30,111 bases of DNA, taken from Zygophlyctis sp. KS116 (Eukaryota; Fungi; Chytridiomycota). Both the position numbers and the translations under genes were made by a program. The notes below the pieces were generated by a model. The model was not told the origin of the DNA. It ran no database searches and saw only the letters and a program-made list of their open reading frames with translations. Below, piece after piece: positions 1 through 19,687 of the stretch; the stretch's first letter is position 1, and the number at the start of each line of letters is the position of its first letter. Location: contig BAAFSQ010000108.1 of the NCBI GenBank assembly GCA_054661495.1, forward strand, positions 1 through 30,111. Reading direction: 5' to 3'.

Positions 1-439
1 GTTCTGATTGATGTTCGGATGGAGCTATCTGACCTTCTATTGACGGCTCTGATATTGTATTTGGCACAGGATTGCTGTTTGGAGAATTGCTTTTGGGAGA
101 ATGGCTGCTTGGAGAATTGCTTTTGGGAGCATAAAACTCTGCATTTCTCTTTGATTGATCAACTATTCCATTCTTCATAAAGTTGTAAGCAATATCGCTT
201 CCTGATGCTCCATCTTTATCAGCTTTGTTGAAAATTGGTAATCCCCCCTTTGCTCCAAAACCTGCTTTCTGTGTGGATTCAGCAGACCTTGCTGTACCAG
301 TATGACTGGGATAACTACCATCTGCACTTATTGTCATGCTAACTGCCGATTGAGAAGCAAGCGCTGATGCTTCTCCAAAGCTGAGAGACAATAGAGCGAT
401 TCCGATAAAATAGATATTTGTAGATTGGTTACTTTTCAT
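1..439 (-). CDS. 5' part of a secreted or cell-surface Ser/Pro-rich protein (runs off the window edge)
   Basis: ATG at 439 opens a stop-free frame to position 1: MKSNQSTNIYFIGIALLSLSFGEASALASQSAVSMT...QSKRNAEFYAPKSNSPSSHSPKSNSPNSNPVP... It has a signal-peptide-like hydrophobic N-terminus with an ASA cleavage-like site. Absent from the ORF track because there is no stop in the window. Confidence 0.7.
   Translation of the reverse strand, partial: MKSNQSTNIYFIGIALLSLSFGEASALASQSAVSMTISADGSYPSHTGTARSAESTQKAGFGAKGGLPIFNKADKDGASGSDIAYNFMKNGIVDQSKRNAEFYAPKSNSPSSHSPKSNSPNSNPVPNTISEPSIEGQIAPSEHQSE
79..129. repeat. 30-nt-period coding tandem repeat (ttggagaattgcttttgggag x2), encodes PKSNSP(S/N)S
   Basis: Direct repeat at ~79-99 and ~109-129. 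Confidence 0.75.
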
Positions 440-813
440 TCTTCTTGCAAATATTGTGTAATAGATGCGGCATGACGCCCACCAATACGCCAATACGCCA
501 ACTGCGGTTAGATGACATTCGGACAGATAATTCTTACTCAAGACATGTATATATATTTGGTGTATAATGCAGCCATAATCATGATTGTTTTAGCTGTATT
601 GGTTGAAATTTCTAATCAACGAATGGTAACATCTGATCCAACTTTGATCAATGACAGTCAGACTTTTGAATCAGTGGGGGGATATTGGCCAACAAATAAA
701 ACCATGCAGTTGATAGATTAAAATATTCGGCCTTTTGAGTTACAGCATTCAATGTGTTGCTGACTAATCAAGTGGCGTTTAGTGCGAATTTGACGTGGCG
801 CAATGCGTTGAAA

Positions 814-1941
814 ATGACTGGAAAAGTTAAGATCTTATCAGATAGAATTGTAATTATTGATCGGTTTTATTAATGCTTTAGAATCTAAATCCGTTGGATG
901 AAACTCCCCTTCAAAAGGTAATTTACTGTTGCATTAATGATTTATAGCCTGAAATTCAAGTGCATTCTCAGTCAGAGTTGGACATGGAATTCGATCTGAT
1001 CGGTGTGGATGCTTCAGTTGCAAATGCATTAAGAAGAATCATGATTGGAGAAGTTCCAACAATGGCAGTTGAAAATGTTTACATTTACAATAATACTTCA
1101 GTAATGCATGATGAAATATTGGCCCACAGATTAGGGTTAATACCAATCTTGGCTGATGCTGCACAGTTTGATATAAAGCAAATTCAAGGTATATAATTTA
1201 TCATTTAAAAATATCAAGATTCTCCAACAGATTTGAACACTCTAGTTTTCAAATTACAGGTGGATTGCACTTTAAATCCAAATGCAGCAAAAAGTAGCTT
1301 AAATCCAACCGAAAAATATTTAAATTCCAATGGTAATTTAAAAGGACTTAAAATATAGTTTATTCAAGTGATATTAAATGGATTCCTCAGGGTGATCAAA
1401 TAGAAAAATTTGGAGAAGATGGTATTAAACCTGTCTTGAATGATATATTGATTGTCAAACTACGACCAAATCAAAAACTTAATGCGGAATTACATTGTCA
1501 AAAGGGAATTGGTAAAGAACATGCTAAATGGTCTCCAGTCGGTAAATTATTTGTTTATTAAAAATAGCAACTGCATCCTACCGTCTTTTACCAGAAATCA
1601 GACTTTTGTCAAAGATAAAAGGAGAAGAAGCTCAAAAGTTCTCAAAATGTTTTCCAAAAGGTGTTGTAGAAATATTCAAAAATGATCAAGGTGAAGATGA
1701 AGCCCGTGTAGTAGATCCTAGGAAAGATACAGTCTCACGGGAAGTTTTAAGACATCCAGAATTTAAGGATAAAGTTGAGCTATCTAGAGTCCGAGATCAC
1801 TTTATTTTTACTATTGAATCAACTGGTATCTATCAACCTGAAACTATATTTACAGAAGCAGTTAAAGTATTGATTGGAAAGTGTCAAACGATTAAGGACG
1901 CTTTAGCTGAATTAGATTCTGGAATGGCAGTTGATAGATAA
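814..1941 (+). CDS. RPC40: RNA polymerase I/III shared subunit AC40 (POLR1C), 6 exons
   Basis: Motifs [80 protein letters not shown]. Introns 850-881, 918-947, 1189-1218, 1333-1358 and 1542-1567 join into one frame. Confidence 0.95.
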
Positions 1942-1956
1942 AAAGTTTCCTAAAAA

Positions 1957-3887
<1,931 letters not shown>

Positions 3888-4624
3888 CTTAAATAAAAAG
3901 TTATTCATTTGATTCTTCTAAAGTGATTGCCAATTGCGGCAGTGTTAGAAAAAATGAACTTTAGTGAGAATCAGAATATCAATTATACGGAACCAGTTGA
4001 CAAATTATCTTTGCCAACAGTTTATGATTCTGCAGAGGATTTGACGGCCAAAGCAATAAAGTGGAGTGAAGCCGATCGTAGTATGGGACGATTTAAGAAT
4101 GGAGTTGAGTGAGTCACAAAAAAAGTCTGGACAAATGGAAAGGTTCAGAATGGGTCTTGTCCTCTTATATAAGGATCGTGCTATTACCTTGGAGAGCAAC
4201 ACATTCCGAATTCAATTCCTTAGTAAAAGCGTTCGCAAAGGTCCAAGGAGTGCTAAACAATGCTACCAGTGATAAGTGTGAATGAATTTCGCGAGGCGTT
4301 GACTTTAAAGAGGATCAGCCGAAACTTTGTGACACGCAAAATAGCTATCAATAGGAGAGTTGTTGGTAAAACTAAACAATTGAACAGGACCATAGACGAT
4401 TTGGTTCGTTTCGCTAAAATACGACTTAATACACTCCAGAGTATTTAGTGGGGTAGACAGATCTGCGCGGGTTAATAAACTCTCTAATTTCTTTTAGTTT
4501 TATTTCGAGTGAGTTTGTACATTTTAAAGACGATCTTTATATATTGCAGTTTCATAATAAAAATATAAAAAATGCAATTAGGCATTTGAATGACGTAGCT
4601 CTCTGTTTACGGAAATTTCCTACA

Positions 4625-5924
4625 ATGACTGATTTCTGGGAGAGTGAATACAAGGTAGAAACTATCATTCTAAAACTTAGCATTCATACAAATGGCCAAA
4701 GATCCTCGGATCTAGTCTAAAGAGAGATGCTGAAAATCAAGTCCAAATTCCAGTGGTTAATGAAAGCATTCAGGTATGATTATAACTATCATTAATAATC
4801 TAGACTGCAGATGCATCATATAATGAGGAAATTGATTTGATTAATATACCATCAGATGGTTATAAATTTGAAAGTCCGAAACCAGATAACGCTCCACAGG
4901 TTAAAAAGGCTTTCTATCCTGTATCGAAATCAAAGGATGCCGCAAAAAAGACTTCCGCTGATAGGACAAAGGATACAAAACCTCCAGAAATGCTTTCTTA
5001 TGGATGGGGAAATAACCATCCATCAGTTCCAGGGAATTTTATGAAGACTTTTAATGTAAAAGTTCCTTCAGATGAGGTACTTATATTCAGTTTTTTTGAT
5101 AAAATTAGGTATATGCTTCCACTAGAGAGCGATTGCAACGGGTTGATAAAAATTCAAGTAAAAAGAAACCGGTTCAAGTAATTACTCAACCAGAAACTGC
5201 AATCAAGGATGCGTTGCAGCAATATCTGGAAGCAAAGAAACGTCTTGAAAAGCTTCAAACAATATATAAATCAGAATACCAAATGGAATACTTAAACTGG
5301 GCTGAACCTGTACAAAAGATTGAAAATTCTGCAAGAGGGGCAGCTGGGTTATCATCAGATCATTTTGATAAGGAAAAAAGGAAAAATCAGTCACCAAAAG
5401 TCATGCCTCCGATTAAAATAGTTAGAGAAACTGCATCATCACCTCAAAAAAGAGATTATGGTTCATTTCCAAAAAAGAATGAACAAAGTCCATCCGAAAA
5501 AACTGACAAAAGTATATCTCCTACCCAATCAGCATCTGTAAATCTTCAAACTGATATATCTCAATCTCCATTTATAAACCCACACAAGATTTATGATCAA
5601 TTACAGGAAACTGATACACCCGTGAAAGCTTTAGAAAAAATTGCACCTGCTGGTGTGAGTGATGCATATGCATTTTCTAATAGAGAAAAAAGGCATTATC
5701 AAGAATCACAATCGGAATTGCAACAGCAGTTGGTAAATGGAGATCATTCATTAAAATTGGCACCAGAAGACACTCCTAAAATTGATAATTCAACAGATAA
5801 TAATGCAAGTGAAGATGGCAAAATCTTGATGTATAATGTTGATCCTCCAACTACTTGGAGACTTGCCCAAGATCTTTTGGACAGGGCTCATAAAAGATCA
5901 CAATTTATAGATAAAGATTCTTAG
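4625..5924 (+). CDS. Low-complexity basic protein with MDM1/CCSAP-like microtubule-binding motifs, 4 exons
   Basis: Introns 4655-4680, 4774-4803 and 5077-5108 give MTDFWESEYKHSYKWP...LSYGWGN...KTFNVKVPSDEVYASTRERL...KSEYQMEYLNW...AQDLLDRAHKRSQF. The gene model is solid; the family call is from motif memory. Confidence 0.6.
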
Positions 5925-5928
5925 ATAA

Positions 5929-6450
5929 TTATTTATTGATAGCTTTATTTCTGCTTAGTTAAAGATTAAATATATTTACACTTCGGTGACAAATGAATCT
6001 GGTATGATTTTATTCGTATCAAAACCTGCAGGCTTGGCATTATAGTTATCCAAGCCGAATGCCTTCATTCCTCAAATTCAAAAACATAACGATCCTACCT
6101 TCCACATATTTCTCCAATGTTATATATCCACGCCCAGTTACATCAAGAATTCTAAATACTGATATTATATTTTCTTTGGTAAAATCTGAAAGTACGGAGT
6201 GTTGTCCCCGAGCCTAAAATAAGAAATTATGTTTACATGTGCGGCAACTATTGCTTCCAATTTTCTAATAATGAATTCGTTTGGATTCCCTAATCATTTT
6301 AAATCCCCTCTTAATCGTACCCGGGCGCTCGAATACCAGAGACTGTGTTATACTCTCCAGAATCTGCGGTATTTTATGTTTCTCCAAATATGCCTTGGCT
6401 TCATCGATCTGATCTTCAAACCCCAATGGTGGATGAGAGATTGTGTCCAT
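5929..6450 (-). CDS. EFCAB10: EF-hand calcium-binding domain 10-like protein (RIIa/Dpy-30-like docking domain plus EF-hand), 5 exons
   Basis: EAKAYLEKHKIPQILESITQSLVFERPGNPNEFIIRKLE...NIISVFRILDVTGRGYITLEKYVEGMKAFGL. Introns 6290-6320, 6214-6236, 6071-6098, ~5954-5979. Confidence 0.8.
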
Positions 6451-6501
6451 TTTCGCGTCCAAACGCGCTGATTGCGGTTCTTTCAGTTGCAGATTACAAT
6501 C
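6451..6501. promoter_or_regulatory. 51-nt bidirectional promoter/5'UTR region between EFCAB10 and SEC5, with two CGCG cores
   Basis: TTTCGCGT at 6451-6458 and AAACGCG at 6461-6467 between divergent ATGs at 6450 (-) and 6502 (+). Confidence 0.55.
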
Positions 6502-9500
6502 ATGCGAGCGGCAATTACAAAGAAAGCAAGCTATATAGATGAAACACGCCCCTTATGGACTGCAGAGGAGGAATCGGCTAGTATGTTCAATACGATTAAT
6601 AAATAGTTATTTCATTTTATGGTCTGGAGCAGCTCTTGCCAACAACCTGGACAGAAGAAAGTAAGACGATATCAAAAAGAGAATTTATTCCTAATAAAAC
6701 TATAATGGATCGTAGTGCAGCCATTTTAGATAATCATGTTTTGGACCCTTTTGGATTAAAGGAAAATCTACATGGGTAAGAGAAAAGGAGTTAAACTATA
6801 GGCGCACTGGAAACGCGTCCATTGGCTTATCGGACAAGAACTTTGATCCAAAGTTGTTCTTGATCAAGGTTCATTCCGGAACATCATATAAGGATTTTAT
6901 TTCATCAATCCAAAAGCTTCGAACTGCGTGCGAAAAACAGAATGAAGTCATGAAAAATGTTGTTAAGCAGCATTTTGCAAAGTTTGTGAATGCAAAGGGA
7001 AACATTGATTCTTTCTATCAGCAAATGCGCCAACAAAATCTAGTATCTTCTAATGAATATGGCGTAGTGCCTTATATCAAATCTCTCGAAGGTACAAGAT
7101 TTTTTGTTTATTTTTAGTTTTGTTGGAATCGTCTAAAATACTATACACTCCTATTCTAGACAAACAACAGCATTCAGAAAAATTAAGATATACGCTCAGC
7201 TTTCTTGAACAATGGAAATTCTTTTTTCATTTACCATCAACTCTCCAATCTTACATAGCAAAGGTAAGATTATAGTATAGTTTATAGATTCTAGGGAGAA
7301 TATGATGCTGCAATTCGCGATTATAAAAAGGGACAATATCTAATCAATTCATCAAAAGAAATTTCTGCAAAAGGTAGTCCTGTCAGTGGATTGTCAGAAA
7401 AAAATTCATTACTTCCATCAAATTATTTAACAGTCTTTGAAAAAGTTTGGCAAGAAACTGAAAGAATATTTGAAGATATGCGTGCATCTCTATTTAAGCA
7501 ACTTGCGCTTCACTCTCAATCTATATCTGTACAGGAACAAGTTATCAGGTAGGTATTAAAAACTTAAAAATCATAGTCAGTTGCGAAACTTGCAGTCATC
7601 AAAGGATGCCGTGGTATATTTTTTGGATAATGAATACCAATGGCTGGTCCAGGAAATGGCTCATACACATAAGCGATATTTGGACAAATTGGAAAGTAAT
7701 TTCAACTTGTTTTATAATTTTAGAACTTAAAAACGAAAGTATGGAAGGTAAAAAACCTGATTTGTCAGCCTTTGCCAAAGAATGCAGAAAATCAAAGTTT
7801 TCAACAGTTGCTATTCCTTTCTATGATTTCAAAAGATTATTATACTGTCTTCAAAACAATGATTTAGAAGTTTTGTACGGGGGAGATATATTCGTGCAGA
7901 TGTGGAGGATTACTGCAGAACATTTTTATAGAGTCTCAAAAATTCTTATATCTTCGATTACAAAGTTATGGGGAATCTGCAAAAAGTTTATTTATCAAAA
8001 AACTGAAGGAGTAATTGCTACATTATTGATTTATAGAATAATCCTGCAGAAAAGCTTCTTAAGTTTCAAAAACTTATCCAGGATTCGTTTTTAATTACAG
8101 GAAATATTTTTATGGATGCCTTGTTTATCGGTGATTCAGAAAAACAGAAAATTAACGAGAGTTCAAACACTAAAATTGAGAGTAAAGACTTTCATGCTCC
8201 TGATTCATGCATGGAGTTGATACATTCATGCCATCCATTAATTATATGTTATTTTGGCAGGAAAATTATGACTACATGTGATGAATGCTATGATGAACTA
8301 AGTAACTTGAAAATCGATGGTGATCAAGAGCTACTAATTCCTCTTTCTTTAACGATTGATATACTTCGAAACAAATTTATTTCATCCATATCTGAGGGAG
8401 TAACCAATGGTAGGATGAAATTATATTTTTAACTATTTTAGTTGCACAGATTTTTTATGTTTATGAAAATTGGATGATTGGCATTGGGCATTTTGATTCC
8501 ATGTCCGAAAATTACAGTGCGACATTATGCACGAGAATGTTTTACCTCTTCCAAAAAGTGGTGATCGGTGCATTGCATGTTATTTCTTCTTCTCAAAGTA
8601 GTTCAATGTCTGGGGGTCCAATTGCGAATAGAATAGCAGAGCCCAACATTGCTCTAAGATCATTTCAAAGTATTAATTTTGGAAAAGATGCCGGTGCTTT
8701 TGAGAAAATCAAGACTTTATTCCTTGACTGCTTTTACTCATTTCTAGATGGTCTTGAATATATAGCATCCAATACAGACACGAAAGATGGAAATTCATTG
8801 GAAGATATTGATATAACGGAAGAAAACGGGCTCCCATTCAAACTTTCATGCAGCAAGATAGGATCGATAGTTTTGGAAGACGCCTCTTCTGGAGCCAAAC
8901 TAAAATCAAAAGCCGAATCAAATCGAGATACTGTAAGATAATTTAATTTTATATATTAGAATATCAGGGCTATTACTGCATTGAATAACTTGATGTATTT
9001 TAAGAGGTTAGTCACTCCCAGACTTATTTCTTTTTTTGAAAAAAGATTTCAAACTAGATTTTCATCAGAAGCCAAAAATATTTATGATACTATCGATTAC
9101 TTGGACGATATCATATTTCAAAATTACATTAGACGTCAAGCAACTGAAATTCATAAAATCACGAGATATGGCATACTGTTTTCCGGTCTGGAGTGGCATA
9201 ATATCCAAAATATTCAAGGTAAATTATGATATTTAATCATGATAGATATTCGTCCTTATTGTAATCAAATTCTTTTAAATTTTGTCATTGTTCATGCTCA
9301 GGTATGTGAAATATCAAAGCCGATTGTTCGCCGGGTTATAAGTGAGCTTTTATCTTATCTAGTACAAGACTTACTCAATTGCTATAGGAGAGTTGATGGA
9401 TTTAGCTTAGGAGGAATGCTACAAGCTACTCTTGAAACAGAATTCATTCATCAGTCATTAAAATCATACGAGACAAAGTTCATATCTTCCACCATAAAAC

Positions 9501-9649
9501 TTATTTATGACACTATTGAACATAGTCGAATTAATTCTGCAAGAGATTCACCTGAAGCAATGCAAGACATGCTACAAAAGACAAAGGATTTAATTACCAA
9601 GGCTAGACGAAGTACATCAGCCCAATTTCAATGCTTTAGAGAAGAGTGA
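6502..9649 (+). CDS. SEC5: Exocyst complex component Sec5 (EXOC2), multi-exon
   Basis: N-terminal IISFYGLEQLLPTTW, NFDPKLFLIKVHSGTSYKD, VVKQHFAKFVNAKGNID, FFFHLPSTL, EYDAAIRDYKKG. C-terminal RPYCNQILLNFVIVHAQV, GGMLQATLETEFI, TSAQFQCF. First introns 6581-6606 and 6776-6801; about 10 in total. Confidence 0.9.
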
Positions 9650-9702
9650 TCTACGCGCAACGTTTGTTTACTGACTTTGTTTATCTCTTTAAATTGAAAA
9701 AT

Positions 9703-12535
<2,833 letters not shown>

Positions 12536-12610
12536 AATAACACAATACAATTTAAATTAAGGATTGAAAGATGATCCCGTAGTCCGATTCCAGTTCAGGG
12601 TCGAGGCTGA

Positions 12611-16103
<3,493 letters not shown>

Positions 16104-16190
16104 ATTTATGCAAGGAAAATAGTAAAGCTTCATGTATGCGGTTCTCATTATCTCTCAAAATCTATAACCGCTCCATGAAAAAACATATAT

Positions 16191-16800
16191 TTAGAATTTA
16201 AAACCAAATTTATCTAGATCCTTGCTGAATAGATTAATCCTTAGTTTTGCTGATCCTGATGAAGAAACACGAGTCACTTGTCGACCGTATCCTTTTGCAA
16301 TAAACTTTGGATCTAAAAACTCTGGATATCTACCCATGATCCATGATAGGAATCCGTTTAACGGCGAGGTTGCTACAGGTGTAAATAATGGAACAAACAA
16401 GCAATTATCCCCTTGAGTCCTAGGCAATCTTTGCACGCCGTACCCACGGACAACATCTCGTCCTAATTCATCAAGTCCATAAATACAAATGACTATTGAT
16501 GGCCAACCATAAATATTTGTAGATTTGAATGTCAATTCCACTGGAAAGTTCCAAACACATGCTCTATTTGACAAAGCAGAGGTTGATGCCCTTGATATTT
16601 GCGAAATACCTTCATCCAGTCCCTATTATTATGCATTCATTCTTACAGCAACAATAGACCAGTCCGGACCATGTACAATAGAAAATTTACAATATATATT
16701 ATCCATGCATGGTATCTACTCATAAGAATATATATAATACTAATGCAGATTCTATTTCTCCACTAAAAGTTACACTAAAGAATCCGCTGGTTGTAGACAT
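16191..16800 (-). CDS. B9D1: B9 domain-containing protein 1 (MKS transition-zone module), 3 exons
   Basis: FSVTFSGEIESA, IYCKFSIVHGPDW, GLDEGISQI, VWNFPVELTFKSTNIYGWP, GRDVVRGYG, PEFLDPKFIAKGYGRQVTRVSSSG. Introns 16716-16740 and 16623-16646. Confidence 0.92.
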
Positions 16801-17846
16801 TATCTCGCGTTTTTGGCCGATACTTCTTGCCGTTGATAAATGCGTCCCAAACTCTTCACTAAATCAATCATGCAAGAAGTCGGATTATAATCCATATCAT
16901 ACCACCAATTGATTGCAATCGTACCTTGAAAATCTTTTATTTTTGAATCCACTTGTTGTACTGCATGATACCAAAGTGCAGGAATATATAGAGTCTGTCC
17001 TGCATGTACATAAACTACTAGAGGTTTTTTAGGATAATTATAGTCATGTAGCCATGGAGTATTAAATCCAAGATCTTGTACAGTCCAACTACAATCATCA
17101 AATTCCGGACTGGTAGGCTTACATCTAACGGTAGGAAAGATCCCTTCCTTTAAGTAAAATGCATCGGTTGGAGGAATTCTAATATTAAATTGTTTATAAA
17201 CTACAGTGTAAATATCTTTGTTCCAAATACCACATGATATACATTCTCATACTGATCCCGATGTAAAGTAGTAGTAGACTGATGATTTCCGATCCATAAA
17301 TTTATAGCATCAGGTTTTCTCTGAAGACTTTTAGAAACAAAATCAATATCTGATGGTATCCTTTCAAAAAATGGCAAAAGTGTAGCATCTTTTCTCAAGT
17401 TATCATTTTGAGATTGTAGATAATACACTGCATTAGACTTGGATTTATCGGTTGATGCATTGAGAGATTTCATAAAATGAGAAAAATCCATCATCATTTC
17501 AAACGGTAAAACGAACTGATTATTAATTACTGCATCAGCCAACCCATTCGGAGTAACTGATATTAAAGTTGATCCTTTGACAGATTGCATCCCATCTGAT
17601 TGAATCCAATAGCTTAGATCCTGAGTTCCTTTTACTATGATTTAAGAAGAACCATTTACAATTATTAAGCAAAAATGGTTGCGATGATGCTACATGTTTA
17701 AGAAAAGCAATCGGTGATGGTTCGCTTTCAAGGATGGGGATGTTTGAGTATTGGCTTAGATCGCTAATGCATTGGGACATTTCTTGTAATGCATTCATCA
17801 CTTGCTCTCTCAAACATTGATCACTTTTGATCACTTGCTCTCTCAT
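16800..17846 (-). CDS. JMJD7: JmjC/cupin-like 2-oxoglutarate/Fe(II) oxygenase, JMJD7-like, 3 exons
   Basis: SVTPNGLADA, YYLQSQNDNL, PDAINLWIG, TTLHRDQYEN (HxD), LYIPALWYHAVQQ, IAINWWYDM. Introns 17635-17659 and 17179-17204. Stop TAA 16802-16800. The start could alternatively be the ATG near 17798. Confidence 0.85.
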
Positions 17847-17866
17847 AACTGCGCGAAATCAGCGAA
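17847..17866. promoter_or_regulatory. 20-nt spacer between divergent JMJD7 and CCDC33 start codons, containing GCGCGAAA (= TTTCGCGC, E2F consensus; also contains the SCB-type CGCGAAA)
   Basis: cat-aactgcgcgaaatcagcgaa-atg; motif at 17851-17858. Confidence 0.55.
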
Positions 17867-19666
17867 ATGAATTTACAAGTTGTCTTGTCCGAAGTCTCAT
17901 TTCACTCTCCAGGTCATTATTTTATTAAATTAAACTTGCATCATGATCCGATACAAGACGATAATAAGTCTGGACAAAGAACTCCAGTCTCACCAGTCTG
18001 CTCAAGAAAACCGCAATTCGCAACCTCTAACTTTCTCTTTCAGCTCCCCCAAAACCATCCTTTCAACTCTAACTCTGAAACAATAGCAAATCTTAGCAAA
18101 TCTTATCTAGAATTAACAGCTTGCTTAATTAATCAAGAGACTAACCCGCCTTCAATAAGTGTTGTCGGGAGCACAAGTCTCATAATATTCCCTCATGATG
18201 CATTGCAAAGACATATTCTTGATATGCAAATTGTTTATTTCTATGATGAGCAAAAGACGGAAATTGGTAAATGTATTATAACATTGTCAATATGTAAATC
18301 GTTGGGAAGCGTGTCCGAAAGGACTAGATTGGATCCAGTCGATTCTTTTCTAGAGCTAAATTCAAAACCAATGCTTGTTAAGGCATCTGAAAACTCATTT
18401 GCGGCTTCTATAAGTTATCAAATAAATTCAGAACAACAAAAAGAATCAAGTACTACTATTGGCTAAATTTAACAATTAGATTACAAAAGTCAGGATTCAA
18501 TCGGCGCATCAGATCCCGATTTATTACAAGTCATTGCTGAAAGTTATAAAAATTCTGGGCAAGTTTATAATCAAACAGAGTCTAATAATCAAACAGAGTC
18601 TAATAATCAAACAGAGTCTAATAATCAAAAAAAGGAAGCCACGTTTGATCAACATGATATTGATCAGAGGCAGAGACTGATTGATAAACTTTTGGAAGAA
18701 TTGGATCATAGAACAAATGCAGTCAAAAAAGTTGGACAGGATTTATATAGACTTAGAGAAAAAAATGCTGAAAATGAGGTACTAGAATATTTTAAGAATT
18801 TAGGCTATAATAGTTGAATTGAAAAAAAAGCTGGATGATAGTGATAGGATTCATTCAAAGATATTAAATACTATAGATTTAGATCTGTTAAATATTGAAG
18901 AACTTCGGAAAAGATATTCTATATTGGCGGCACGATTACAAGTCAGTCTGGTAAAGAATGATGAGTTGACGGACATGTTGGAAGGGGCACAGGAAAAAAT
19001 AATTCAGGTAAGATTGATTATTGGTTTAATATTTTAGAAAAACGAAATTGAAAAAAGAATGCTCGAAATACAGCAGGCGCATACTGCTCAGCAAGTTTAT
19101 GTTCAAAAACTTCAAGACAAGTTATCTGATATATCTAGATACAGATCAACTATTAAGATTCAAGAGCAGATTATTAGGAAATTTGAATCATTACTTAAAG
19201 ACTCTAATCATGCTCAAGAGATCAAAACACCAATTCCTTCAACTATAGAAAGATTACCCACAGAAACAGCAAATCAAGATGCATTAATAGCGTCCATTGA
19301 AAGAGAAAATAGGATTTTATTATCTAGAATTCATGATTTGGAATTTTCCTTGGAAAAAGCAGCAAAATCAACTCATATAGTCCGAGAACACGATGATACA
19401 CTGGAAACATTCAAATTAGAACTGGAAGCAGAGAGAAATGCGTAATACAATTATTATTGATCATTAATAGGATTATACAATTAGGAAATGTACAAGATCA
19501 AAAAAAGAATTCAGACGAATGCTCAGATTTTGCATTGCTTTTAAGGGCGGAAAAGGCAGAAGCTCGTGTAGTAGCTCTAGAGCAAGAATTAGAAGACTCT
19601 GCCATAGAATTTGCTCAAAAGATAGCAAAATTAGAAACACAAATCAGAGAAATTCAAAAAACCTAA
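17867..19666 (+). CDS. CCDC33: C2-domain plus coiled-coil protein, CCDC33-like, about 5 exons
   Basis: N-terminal C2-like LQVVLSEVSFHSPGHYFIKL...RTPVS...KPQF. Coiled coil IQQAHTAQQVYVQKLQ...IKIQEQIIRKFESLL and C-terminal LEQELEDSAIEFAQKIAKL. Introns ~18450-18479, 18779-18803, 19008-19036, 19442-19470. Confidence 0.6.
18567..18629 (+). repeat. 18-bp perfect coding minisatellite (ataatcaaacagagtcta x3.5), encodes NQTESN
   Basis: Units at 18567, 18585 and 18603, partial at 18621; in frame within the CCDC33-like linker. Confidence 0.9.
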
Positions 19667-19687
19667 GTTTATTATAATGCAGTCTCC

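Noticed and set aside
512-721. 69-aa + strand ORF with a hydrophobic stretch
   Set aside because: No recognisable motif; lies in the AT-rich divergent promoter region; no independent support
18524-18709. Minus ORF with LIIRLC repeats, or a CRISPR-like array
   Set aside because: Antisense reading of the 18-bp tandem repeat; no spacers; eukaryotic context
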